Source: Bacteroidales bacterium (lineage in GTDB: Bacteria > Bacteroidota > Bacteroidia > Bacteroidales > UBA7960). Taken from it: a DNA stretch of 64,000 bases. The stretch lies in the NCBI GenBank assembly GCA_035477775.1, contig DATIKH010000133.1:49673-113672 (forward strand), written 5' to 3'. The notes below the pieces were generated by a model. The model worked only from the letters and a program-made list of their open reading frames with translations, ran no database searches and was not told where the DNA came from. This document shows positions 16,015-25,084 of the stretch, piece by piece. Every line of letters starts with the position of its first letter. Within the stretch, counting starts at the first letter, position 1. The position numbers and the translations under genes are program-made.

Positions 16015-19000
16015 TTAAAATTTAAGATTTAAACCAAATGTTATAGATCTGCCGTGGGGTACCTGAAAAAAATCTACACCCATAGTGCCTGCTCCACTAC
16101 CACCTCCGGCATCCGGTCCGGCATTATTTACCTCGGGATCTCCCCCTGAATAATTGGTTAGAAGCAAAGCGTTTTGCAGCGATATGTTTATGCTGGCCTC
16201 TTTTAAGCCTAACCTAGCAATTAAGGAATTTGGAAGAAAATAATTCAGGCCCACATTACGCAAGCGTACCCAGAAAACTTCTTCAACGAAATTGGTTCCT
16301 GCAAGAATGTAATTATTAATGAAAAAGTTTTGATCCAGGGTGACAGGTGTAGTGTTCGGGGCAAAAGTACCATCCGGAAGCTCTACTACTCCATCAAAAA
16401 TAAACTCCTGGTTTCGGTATTTTCCTACCATATTGTGTTGGCCTGTTGAAACAAGAAACTGTCTGGTGGCATTAAGCAGTTGAGCACCATAAGTTCCATC
16501 AACCAAAAATGAAAATTCCAGGTTTCTGAATCTAAAATTATTGTTCAGCCCAAAATAAAACCTTGGTTCGCGGTTTCCTATAAATCTTTTCTGATTGTCA
16601 ATTCTTGGGAAACCATTATTGTCAACGATTACTTTACCTTCGCTGTTTCGCAGGTAATCGGTACCTACAATTCCAAACAGGGGTTTACCAATCCATGAGC
16701 TGGCAATTGCTTGGGTAGAGACTTGGCCGAAGGTTACAGGAAACTCAACCAGGTCGCCAAAAAGTTCGGTCAACCGGGAGCGGTTTCCAAACCCATTGAG
16801 GGTTACCTCCCAATTAAGATCCTCCCTCCTTATTATCCTGCTGCTGATAAGAAGTTCAATACCCCTGTTTTCTACCGAGCCTGAGTTTACTGCCTGCAAT
16901 ATAGCGCCGGTAACCGGTGTCACCCTTGGCTGAATTATTTGGTCGCTCGACACTCTGTTGTAATAGGTCATGTCTATGGTAAAGAGACCGTCCCAAAGCC
17001 TTAAGTCGGCACCGATTTCAAATTCTCTGGTAATTTCTGGTTTTAGGAGCGGGTTTCCAGCAAAGGCTCCATTTCTCCATCCGCCTCCGATACCAAAAAA
17101 CTGCTCTAGGGTTTGTGTTAGGCGATGTGGAGGGGCGTCCTTACCAACACTGGCAACACTTGCCCTTATTTTTCCAAAAGAAAAAATGCGGGCGGCCCTT
17201 CCATCGAGCAACTCACTAAAGATAAATGCTGTACTGATTGAGGGATAAAAGAATGAGCGGTTTTGCAAGGGAAGGGTCGAAGACCAGTCATTGCGTCCAG
17301 TAAAATTCAGAACTAAAAATCGGTCGTAATCAATGGTTAGGTTACCAAATACACCTATAATTCTCCTATTGGATGTTGCCTGATTATTTCGCACCACGCG
17401 CAGGTTGTTTATGGAGTGCAGGGCAGGGTTGCGGAAGCGCTCACCCTCAACGCTGGTATTGCGTGCAAAATTAGACTGAATGTTTTTCCCTACCATGGTA
17501 GTAACTCGCAGTCTATCTGTGAATTCATTATCGGCAACTGCCAGTAATGTAGATGTTATTTTCTCGCTTTCGCGATTAAGCTCACTTATGGATCCCTCAA
17601 AGTCAGTTCCTTCCGATCCGGGCTCCTGAACAGATTTTAGGTGCTGCTGAAAATAGTCGCGCCCGGCAGTATAATTAAAAGATAGCCAATCTAAAGCCTG
17701 GAAAGTAAGATTAATGGTGTTGATATTGCGGCTTACGTTATCGGTTCTAACCTGATGAAAAGCGCTCCACATGGGATTATCGGGGACTTCGGCAAGATTG
17801 CCGCTTACGGGTATCCAAACATTCCGTTCTGAGCCATCGGGGTTACGGTAATCGATCATATTATCCCAAACCGGCCAGCGGTAAAGATCTCTTAGCCAAC
17901 CACCGCTTGAACTGAATATACCAAGCCGGTTATTAGTCCTGACTATGTTAGAGGTAGTGGTGACCGAAATGCGGTCACTGATGTTTACTGTTCCTGATAG
18001 GAAAGCTGAGTTTCGTCCAAAGAAAGTATTGGGTACTATGCCTCTATCCCCCAAACTCGACAGCGATAAAAAATAGGTGAGTTTTGAGGTACCTCCGCTT
18101 ACATTAGCGTCAATCTTATTAGCCATTCCGGTTTGGAAATAGTTATTTAGGTTGTCATGTACCTGATCGCTTCGCCTTAATGGGGGTCCCCAATGCGAGA
18201 ACGTTCTTGGGTGGAAAATTCCTGCCCCTCCTGTTGTATAAAACTGTTGTGTGTCGTGCAACCAACCCACCTGCGAAATGGTGGAAGAAGTTGATAGGCC
18301 AACAGAAACGACACCCTCTTGTCCGCGTCTGGTAGTAATGATTATTGCACCATTGGCAGCATCGATGCCGTAAAGCGCAGCCGCCGCAGCCCCTTTCAAT
18401 ACCGTAACCGATTCAATGTCGTTTGGGTTAAGGTCGGCAATCCGGTTGGTGGTTCCCCTTATGGAGGCATTTGAAACAGGAACTCCATCGATTACAAACA
18501 ATGGCTGATTGTCTCCATCAACAGAGGTTGCCCCGCGCAAAATAATTTCTGAAGAAGACCCGGGTGCTCCTCCTGTAGAGCTAATCTGTACCCCCGAAAC
18601 CCTTCCTTGAAGCGCATTCACAACATTTTCCTGACGTGAAGCTCTAATAGCATCAGAATCAACGCTCTGAACATTGTAGGTAAGAGTCCGCTCCTCACGT
18701 GCTATACCCAGAGCGGTAACCACTACTTCTTGCAGTGCAGCTGCTTCGGGTTGGAGTACCACATTAATGATGGTTCGATCCCCTACAATGGTTTCATAGG
18801 TCTCCATACCAACAAAACGAAACACCAGCACATCGCCCGACGAAGCATTGATCCGGAATTGTCCCTCCAGATCGGTGGTTGTGCCAATGGTCGTTCCTTT
18901 AATTAAAACGGTAACCCCGATAAGTTGAGTGCCATCCAAGGCATCAGTTACCGTTCCGGTAATCTGCCTGGCCTGTCCGTGCAACCCAAGCGTCGTGAAG

Positions 19001-19035
19001 ATCAAAAGACCTAAAAAAACAAAGATCTTCTTCAT
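16015..19035 (-). CDS. susC: SusC/RagA-family TonB-dependent outer-membrane transporter
   Basis: 1006 aa. N-terminal carboxypeptidase-regulatory-like domain ITGTVTDALDGTQLIGVTVLIKGTTIGTTTDLEGQFRI. Plug region (VVVTALGIAREERTLTY, IESVTVLKGAAAAALYG). C-terminal beta-barrel ending ...ITFGLNLKF. No N-terminal STN/anti-sigma signalling extension is visible. Confidence 0.9.
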   Translation of the reverse strand: MKKIFVFLGLLIFTTLGLHGQARQITGTVTDALDGTQLIGVTVLIKGTTIGTTTDLEGQFRINASSGDVLVFRFVGMETYETIVGDRTIINVVLQPEAAALQEVVVTALGIAREERTLTYNVQSVDSDAIRASRQENVVNALQGRVSGVQISSTGGAPGSSSEIILRGATSVDGDNQPLFVIDGVPVSNASIRGTTNRIADLNPNDIESVTVLKGAAAAALYGIDAANGAIIITTRRGQEGVVSVGLSTSSTISQVGWLHDTQQFYTTGGAGIFHPRTFSHWGPPLRRSDQVHDNLNNYFQTGMANKIDANVSGGTSKLTYFLSLSSLGDRGIVPNTFFGRNSAFLSGTVNISDRISVTTTSNIVRTNNRLGIFSSSGGWLRDLYRWPVWDNMIDYRNPDGSERNVWIPVSGNLAEVPDNPMWSAFHQVRTDNVSRNINTINLTFQALDWLSFNYTAGRDYFQQHLKSVQEPGSEGTDFEGSISELNRESEKITSTLLAVADNEFTDRLRVTTMVGKNIQSNFARNTSVEGERFRNPALHSINNLRVVRNNQATSNRRIIGVFGNLTIDYDRFLVLNFTGRNDWSSTLPLQNRSFFYPSISTAFIFSELLDGRAARIFSFGKIRASVASVGKDAPPHRLTQTLEQFFGIGGGWRNGAFAGNPLLKPEITREFEIGADLRLWDGLFTIDMTYYNRVSSDQIIQPRVTPVTGAILQAVNSGSVENRGIELLISSRIIRREDLNWEVTLNGFGNRSRLTELFGDLVEFPVTFGQVSTQAIASSWIGKPLFGIVGTDYLRNSEGKVIVDNNGFPRIDNQKRFIGNREPRFYFGLNNNFRFRNLEFSFLVDGTYGAQLLNATRQFLVSTGQHNMVGKYRNQEFIFDGVVELPDGTFAPNTTPVTLDQNFFINNYILAGTNFVEEVFWVRLRNVGLNYFLPNSLIARLGLKEASINISLQNALLLTNYSGGDPEVNNAGPDAGGGSGAGTMGVDFFQVPHGRSITFGLNLKF

Positions 19036-19084
19036 GGTAAATTGTTTTTGTTAGATTTAAATTATTAAAAAATGATTTTTCGTT

Positions 19085-19930
19085 TTATTCACCAAGCCTC
19101 TCGTAAGCTTCCAATGCATTTTTTACTGATCCGTACTTTAGCAGCAAATCCCTTGCTTTTACCGAATCAAGGCTAAGTTCTTCCATAAGCATGCGGGTAC
19201 CGCGTAGCACCAACTTTTGGTTTGTAAGCTGCATATTTACCATTTTATTCCCTTTTACCCGCCCCAACTTAATCATTATTGTTGTGGTAATCATGTTCAG
19301 AATCATCTTTTGGGCGGTTCCTGCCTTGAGCCTTGTGCTTCCGGTAACAATCTCGGGGCCTACAATGGCTTCAATAGGGTATTCGGCTTCGCGCGAAACG
19401 AGTGAATTGGGATTGCAGGTAATACATCCGGTAAGAATTCCGTTTTCGCGTGCCTTTCTCAGGCCTCCAACCACATAAGGCGTTGAGCCTGATGCTGCAA
19501 TTCCAATAACTGTGTCGAGCGTATTTATGTTGCGCTCTTTCAGCTCTTCCCAAGCTTTATCCTGGTCATCTTCGGCAGCCTCAACCGGATTTCGCAATGC
19601 CCTGTCGCCTCCGGCAATCAACCCTATAACCAGACCCTGGGGTGCACCAAAAGTGGGCGGAAGCTCCGAGGCATCCAATACACCCAAACGACCACTTGTA
19701 CCTGCACCCAAATAAAAAAGGCGGCCCCCGTTGCGCATTCGCTCAATAATCTGACAAATCAAAGCCTCAATTTGGGGCAAGGCCTTACGCACCGCTATAT
19801 GAACCTTGGCATCTTCGCTGTTGATAGAATCAATTAGCTTCTTCACAGTCATCTTCTCAAGGTTTTCAAATTGCGAAGGCGACTCGGTTATGCTAAGTTC
19901 AAATTTTATTTTTTTATCCCTGCCCGACAT
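19085..19930 (-). CDS. murQ: N-acetylmuramic acid 6-phosphate etherase
   Basis: GGRLFYLGAGTSGRLGVLDASELPPTFG, IGLIAGGDRALRNPVEAAEDD, IGIAASGSTPYV and VTGSTRLKAGTAQKMILNMITT align block for block with E. coli MurQ as I remember it. Confidence 0.93.
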   Translation of the reverse strand: MSGRDKKIKFELSITESPSQFENLEKMTVKKLIDSINSEDAKVHIAVRKALPQIEALICQIIERMRNGGRLFYLGAGTSGRLGVLDASELPPTFGAPQGLVIGLIAGGDRALRNPVEAAEDDQDKAWEELKERNINTLDTVIGIAASGSTPYVVGGLRKARENGILTGCITCNPNSLVSREAEYPIEAIVGPEIVTGSTRLKAGTAQKMILNMITTTIMIKLGRVKGNKMVNMQLTNQKLVLRGTRMLMEELSLDSVKARDLLLKYGSVKNALEAYERLGE

Positions 19931-19947
19931 TATCCTTTACAAAAGTT

Positions 19948-20790
19948 TTAATTATAAAATTTGTGAAACTCAATAAGGCCCAACATCGGATCCTTAATAA
20001 TTTTCCCAATGGTAAATCCACAATCGTGCGCCGCTTCTTTGAGTACTCCTTCAAAATGCCAGGCTATGCTTCCGGTAAAATGCACCGGGAGGCTTTGTGC
20101 CCGAGGGTATTGGGCTATGTTGCGGTTAAAAAACTCTTTGAATGAGCTTTTTACCAGTTGGTAAACAAACCCGTCGCTAATATGCTTTGAAAGAAACGGA
20201 GTAAAGGAAGCCAGATAACGATTAGGAAATGGCTTTCGGTAAACGCTTTCAAGAATCTCGGCCGTAGTTTGGCCAAATGTTTTCTCAAAACTTACCTGAA
20301 GATGCTCCGGAGCCTGATTTTTGAGAAAATCGGCTACCAGTTTACGGCCAAGAACTGCTCCGCTACCTTCGTCGCCTAAAATAAATCCTAGTGGCGAAAC
20401 ATGTTGTTTAATATTGACTCCATCGTAATAACATGAGTTGGAGCCGGTGCCTAATATTGCGGCAATCCCTTCGCTATGCCCGCATAAAGACCGGGCTGCT
20501 GCAAGCAGATCGCTTTCTACTTCAACCGAGGATACTTCAAAAAAGTTTTTAAGGACTGACGACAGCAGAGCCTTTTTCTCTGGATTGGCACAACCTGCTC
20601 CGTAAAAAAATATCTTCCGTATACCCTCACGCCCAAGTGTAAATTCCCCAGAGAGGGTAGAATAAATATCGTCGGCCGATTGGAAAAAAGGGTTTATGCC
20701 TGCAGTCTGACAGTTCATTTCAGGGATTTTTTCATCGGCAAGCAAAAACCAATTTGTCTTTGTCGATCCACTGTCAGCAATTAGCACCAT
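19948..20790 (-). CDS. BadF/BadG/BcrA/BcrD-type sugar kinase (GlcNAc/MurNAc kinase-like; same family as Tannerella MurK)
   Basis: N-terminus MVLIADSGSTKTNWFLL, then GAGC ... ILGTGSNSCYYDG ... ILGDEGSG, the ASKHA-fold phosphate and adenosine motifs. 280 aa. Its stop is 17 nt upstream of the murQ start. Substrate specificity cannot be read from the sequence. Confidence 0.75.
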   Translation of the reverse strand: MVLIADSGSTKTNWFLLADEKIPEMNCQTAGINPFFQSADDIYSTLSGEFTLGREGIRKIFFYGAGCANPEKKALLSSVLKNFFEVSSVEVESDLLAAARSLCGHSEGIAAILGTGSNSCYYDGVNIKQHVSPLGFILGDEGSGAVLGRKLVADFLKNQAPEHLQVSFEKTFGQTTAEILESVYRKPFPNRYLASFTPFLSKHISDGFVYQLVKSSFKEFFNRNIAQYPRAQSLPVHFTGSIAWHFEGVLKEAAHDCGFTIGKIIKDPMLGLIEFHKFYN

Positions 20791-20916
20791 AAAATTTAAA
20801 TCATTAAAATTCTATTCAAAAGTGATAACACTCAGGTTCAAGACCTTCGGCTTGGACGTATTACCAAAGCGCGATAAATGGCTTCAATACTAATATATCT
20901 AACTTTTGCTTACTTG

Positions 20917-20924
20917 CAAATTTA
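20917..20924 (-). promoter_or_regulatory. Candidate -7 box TAAATTTG upstream of the kinase-murQ-susC-susD transcription unit
   Basis: Plus-strand caaattta is TAAATTTG on the minus strand (matches TAnnTTTG), 127 nt upstream of the ATG at 20790. I found no good -33 TTTG at the preferred spacing. Confidence 0.3.
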
Positions 20925-21442
20925 AAGATAAAACCTAAAAGTTTTATAAAAATTTACGAAAATATAATCACTGCAGTCTGAAAGTATAATTTTAAGAGTG
21001 CTTAAAATATTTTAGAATAAAAGTCTTTCAGAACACATTATTAATTTAGCTATCTATATATTACGAATTAATACAGACCTTATCGAAAGCAAATTTTGAA
21101 TTTAATCCCAATACATATTTTCGCAAATCCAAAAAGATTCGATTATGAGAAATACTCCTAAAAGGTTGTAGTCTAATTATCCAGAAAGGCATTAAAAAGC
21201 TTAAAAATTCTGTCAATAAAAAGGACGAGTAGAAAATTCTACGCGCCCCTCAAGATTAGAGTTGTTCTTGAGGCAATCAAAAAGTCATAACCATTTAGCG
21301 GCTAAGCACAGCTATTTTACCTTTATCTCCTCTCGGCAGATAATAGATGTTTTGAAACAGGTTGAGAAAGCCTTTTAAGACCTTTTAAAACCTAAGATTA
21401 AGCAAAACATAAAGTAATTCAGGACATTTTGCCACCACTTGC

Positions 21443-22672
21443 CTAATAAAGAAAATATTTTTCCGCTCTTTTGATAAAGGCCGGTATCTCCTTTGTCCAG
21501 AGGGGCAGAATATCTTCTACCAGAAAACGTCTTCCGAATGCTTTGCGAACTTGGTCGGTGCCGCAAACTTTATCGAACATATCGAGACGGCTTTGGTGGG
21601 CTAATTCAAAAACGTTTTTCTCAGGGTGCAATTTTTTAAGCTCCTGCAAAAAATAAAATTGTAAAAGCGAAAGCGGGGCTTTTTGTGCATCGATTATGTG
21701 TACCTGCACTCCGTGTAACATTTTATTTTTCATATCGGTGTAGAAGGCGCGATAGTGAATGGGCCTGAAAATTACTCCTGGTATTTCCAGATTGTTTAAA
21801 CGATTGGACAACTCTGAAGCATTTCTGATCCAATCAATTGCAAAAGTCTGAAAAGGAAGTGTGTATCCAACACCAATATTTATTACATGCAACTCGCCCA
21901 GGATTCCAGAAGCCGGATAATAATAAGACGTGATGGCATGCGGTATATGAGGCGATGCAAGCACCCAATGCAGACCGGTCTCCTCGAAAGTCATGTTCCG
22001 CTCCCACCCCTGCATCTCAATTACAGTAAGCTTTGCCTGGATTCCATTAGCCAGCAGACGTTCGCCATTCAGAAACTTTGCAAGTTCTCCCACGGTAAAT
22101 CCATGCACATAAGGAATTGGAAATTGGCTAACAAAAGAGATGAAACCTTCCTTTACAAGAGGGCCTTCAAACTTGTTGCCTCCCAGCGGGTTGGGGCGAT
22201 CTAACACCATAAATTCAATTCCTTGCTCTGCTGCAGCCTCCATAGCCAAGCCTAAAGTGCTGATATAGGTATAGGAGCGTGAGCCTATGTCCTGTATGTC
22301 GTAAACCAGTATATCAATACCTTTTAGCATTTCTCGTGTCGGTTTACGAGTGCGGCCATAAAGGCTGTACATGGTTATGCCGGTAATAGGGTCTTTTTTA
22401 TCGTCAATTAACTCCCCTGCGGGGAACTCGCCACGCACTCCGTGTTCAGGGCCGAAAAGGGCTACAAGTTGTACCCCGGGAGCTTCATGCAAAATGTCGA
22501 TTGTTGATCGTAACTGGCTGTCAACACCGGTTGGATTGGTTATCAGCCCAACGCGTTTCCCCAGCAATGGTGCAAACCCTTTTTCGCGCAAAACATCAAT
22601 GCCTGGTTTTACCTGGCTAAAAACTAACATACTGTTAAAAATCAAAACTAATAAAACAACAGTTTTTTTCAT
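21443..22672 (-). CDS. namZ: DUF1343-family protein, NamZ-type exo-beta-N-acetylmuramidase homologue (periplasmic)
   Basis: Signal peptide MKKTVVLLVLIFNSMLVFSQ. Then GIDVL ... GKRVGLITNPTGV ... LFGPEHGVRG ... YSLYGRTRKPTREML ... ILVYDIQDIGSRSYTYISTL ... VLDRPNPLGG ... IPYVHGFTVGELA, the conserved blocks of DUF1343. The enzymatic call is by family membership only. Confidence 0.8.
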   Translation of the reverse strand: MKKTVVLLVLIFNSMLVFSQVKPGIDVLREKGFAPLLGKRVGLITNPTGVDSQLRSTIDILHEAPGVQLVALFGPEHGVRGEFPAGELIDDKKDPITGITMYSLYGRTRKPTREMLKGIDILVYDIQDIGSRSYTYISTLGLAMEAAAEQGIEFMVLDRPNPLGGNKFEGPLVKEGFISFVSQFPIPYVHGFTVGELAKFLNGERLLANGIQAKLTVIEMQGWERNMTFEETGLHWVLASPHIPHAITSYYYPASGILGELHVINIGVGYTLPFQTFAIDWIRNASELSNRLNNLEIPGVIFRPIHYRAFYTDMKNKMLHGVQVHIIDAQKAPLSLLQFYFLQELKKLHPEKNVFELAHQSRLDMFDKVCGTDQVRKAFGRRFLVEDILPLWTKEIPAFIKRAEKYFLY

Positions 22673-22874
22673 AATTTTTTAAGTGTATTTAATGCGTCTG
22701 GTTTGCCCAAAAGCAGGGTTAACAAGGCAAAATTAATAATTTTTTCCACTATTGACCGATGAAAGCGATAAAGCAAATTCCAGGCCAATTTAAACCCACA
22801 ATGGTACCGAGGGCGTTTCTGTTTATCTTTGTGCTTTTTTAAATAAAAAGGTCTGATTTTAAATTTATCAACTT

Positions 22875-23369
22875 ATGAAGCAAGGAAAAGTAGTATCGCT
22901 CCTGTATGTTCTCAGAGCCGGCAACAGCCAGGGTGAAATTATCGAAAGTGTTGAGGAAAATCTTCCAGCGCAGTTCATCCTGGGTATTGGAAGTCTGATT
23001 CCGGACTTTGAAAGTCAGATCGTAAACCTCAAACAGGGCGAAGGATTTGAATTTATAATCCCATCCGAAAGGGCTTATGGGGCTTTTGATGAGCAGGCGG
23101 TGGTAAACCTTCCCAAAAGCACTTTTATCTATGAAGGAAAAGAGCTTACGCATCTGCTCGAAGTTGGAAATGTGATTCCGATGTCCGACCAGGATGGCAA
23201 TATGATCAACGGAAAGGTATTAGAGGTGGGTTTTGAATCGGTAAAAGTGGACTTCAACCACCCTCTTGCAGGCCGCGACCTGCATTTTAAAGGCACATTG
23301 CTCGAAACCCGCATGGCAACACCCGAAGAGATGGCGCATGGACATGTGCACGATGATGGTTGCTGCTAA
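22875..23369 (+). CDS. slyD: FKBP-type peptidyl-prolyl cis-trans isomerase, SlyD-like
   Basis: VSLLYVLR ... FILGIGSLIPDFESQIVNLKQGEGFEFIIPSERAYG ... VDFNHPLAGRDLHF, and a His/Cys-rich tail HGHVHDDGCC. Confidence 0.88.
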   Translation: MKQGKVVSLLYVLRAGNSQGEIIESVEENLPAQFILGIGSLIPDFESQIVNLKQGEGFEFIIPSERAYGAFDEQAVVNLPKSTFIYEGKELTHLLEVGNVIPMSDQDGNMINGKVLEVGFESVKVDFNHPLAGRDLHFKGTLLETRMATPEEMAHGHVHDDGCC

Positions 23370-23420
23370 TAATACCTTTCAAAAACGAAAAAACACAAAC
23401 TTCACACCAGTTAAGCCGCC

Positions 23421-23825
23421 CTAAACAGTTTTGAGCATTTTAATATGTATGGTTACCCCCATGGCAATGATTAATAGTAGAATCCTGATCCACCACTGAT
23501 CCACAGCAAAAGTTGCCGACAATGCGATGGTTGTCCACAACAGAGCGATGGCAAATATTTTAACCTTCTTTTCTACTCCACCTTTTTCGTGATAATTTCT
23601 GATGATTTTGCCAAAATACCTGTGGTTTACAAGCCATGTATAAAATCGTTTGGAACTTAAAGCATAAAACCAGGCCGAAAGGAGCAAAAATGGAGTGGTT
23701 GGAAGTAACGGAAGCGGAATGCCGATCATGGCAAGGCCAAAAAACAAAGTACCTGCAATAATGCAGGCTATACGTACCCAGGGACTCAGATTCTTTCCAA
23801 AATGTGGTGTTGCTGCAGGCTTCAA
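23421..23825 (-). CDS. DUF454/YbaN-family inner-membrane protein
   Basis: IGIPLPLLPTTPFLLLSAWFYALSSKRFYTWLVNHRYFG, followed by two further hydrophobic helices. 134 aa. Confidence 0.72.
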   Translation of the reverse strand: MKPAATPHFGKNLSPWVRIACIIAGTLFFGLAMIGIPLPLLPTTPFLLLSAWFYALSSKRFYTWLVNHRYFGKIIRNYHEKGGVEKKVKIFAIALLWTTIALSATFAVDQWWIRILLLIIAMGVTIHIKMLKTV

Positions 23826-23997
23826 AACTTAAGTGCTTTAAATTGATATTGAATTAATTATTACGTTGTTGGGAAAAACTAAATGTCGATTCTTTGGAAT
23901 AATTAAATTTGACACCGAAAATTAAATGGCGCAGCAATTATTAAAGGCGTAAAATTACTTCTTTCGAAAAGAAGGAGTGCTGAATACAACGATAAAA

Positions 23998-24954
23998 ATG
24001 CATTGTATGGAACCTAAAGTAAACAATGAGCAAGTTTTCAATCTAAAAAACAGTTTTAATGAAAGGTTTTTTGTAAGAAGTTACCTGCCCGAATCAGAGA
24101 AACCCATGGGCATTGTACAGGTAATTCATGGCATGGCCGAGCACGGGGGTCGGTATTCAGAGTTTGGTAACTATCTGACCAAACTTGGGTTTGGTTTGTA
24201 TGTTGCAGATCTTCCCGGTCATGGCCAAACGGCCGAAAACTCCATGCAGTTAGGACATATTTCGCCCAATGACGGTTGGGAGAAAATGCTTGATAATACA
24301 CGAACCCTATATACTCATATCCGGACCAGCCACTCGGAAGTGCCGGTTTTTATGCTGGGTCATAGCCTGGGTTCAATTCTTGCCAAGCATATCACAGCTC
24401 TTTACCCGCTATATGTGCAGGGTTTGATATTATCAGGCACTTTCGATGTACCCGAAAGCAAAATGCGTCTCATAAATATTTTTCTGCAATTCCAGTCCTT
24501 TTTCCTAAGCTCTGAAACCAAAAGCAAATGGTTTAACCGGTTGTTTTTTGGAGGTTTCAACATGCATTTCAACCCGAGGCCCACACCTTACGAATGGATT
24601 TCTTCTGTTCGCGAAGAGGTTGACCAGTATGCCAATGACCCATATTGCGGATTCGAATGCAGTGTAGGTTTTTTTAAAAGTTTCGGAAGGGGTTACTTAG
24701 CCATGAAAAAAGTAAGCCAAAACCTTACGTATCGAAAGACATTACCAGTGCTGATTTTTTGCGGACAGGATGACCCCGTGGGTAATTTTGGGAAAGATGC
24801 TATTAAAATACACAGTGATTTTTACAAGCAACGGTTTCAGAATCTAACCATTAAGGTCTTTAATGGTCGACACGAATTGTTTCACGAAAAAGACAAGGAA
24901 AAAGTGTTCGAATATCTTCTTAACTGGATGCTCGAATACCTCCATACCCGATAA
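23998..24954 (+). CDS. Alpha/beta hydrolase (lysophospholipase / monoacylglycerol lipase-like)
   Basis: VIHGMAEHGGRYSEF ... ADLPGHGQT ... nucleophile elbow MLGHSLGS. The track start at 23977 is a GTG. I prefer ATG 23998 (MHCMEPK); ATG 24007 is also possible. Confidence 0.8.
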   Translation: MHCMEPKVNNEQVFNLKNSFNERFFVRSYLPESEKPMGIVQVIHGMAEHGGRYSEFGNYLTKLGFGLYVADLPGHGQTAENSMQLGHISPNDGWEKMLDNTRTLYTHIRTSHSEVPVFMLGHSLGSILAKHITALYPLYVQGLILSGTFDVPESKMRLINIFLQFQSFFLSSETKSKWFNRLFFGGFNMHFNPRPTPYEWISSVREEVDQYANDPYCGFECSVGFFKSFGRGYLAMKKVSQNLTYRKTLPVLIFCGQDDPVGNFGKDAIKIHSDFYKQRFQNLTIKVFNGRHELFHEKDKEKVFEYLLNWMLEYLHTR

Positions 24955-25084
24955 AATTAAGTTTAATAAACCCTTTTACCGTTTTTGCCTGCATTGAACT
25001 TCAAAATTTTACCAATGCAAATTCGAGCGGTAATATTCACCAACTAGAACAGTAGAATTTTTAAACCTCACTAATTACATAATT

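Noticed and set aside
18772-18783. tRNA T-arm-like string ggttcgatcccc (and ggttcgattc at about 58441)
   Set aside because: Both lie inside well-supported CDSs (susC, lptB). I could not build acceptor, D or anticodon arms around them. No intergenic region contains a cloverleaf candidate.
21229-21273. Two small adjacent hairpins considered as a namZ terminator feature
   Set aside because: The stems are short (5 and 8 bp), the site is ~170-215 nt from the stop, and the U-tract is interrupted. It is too weak to list as a feature and is kept only as a note in the finding on the intergenic gap.
24879-24887. parS-like half site tgtttcacg, plus a general by-eye search for parS (tGTTtCAcGTGAAAcA) and DnaA boxes (TTATCCACA) around parAB
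   Set aside because: This is only a half site and it lies inside the hydrolase CDS. I found no full palindromic parS and no cluster of DnaA boxes by eye, so no origin or parS call is made. A proper pattern scan could still find degenerate sites.
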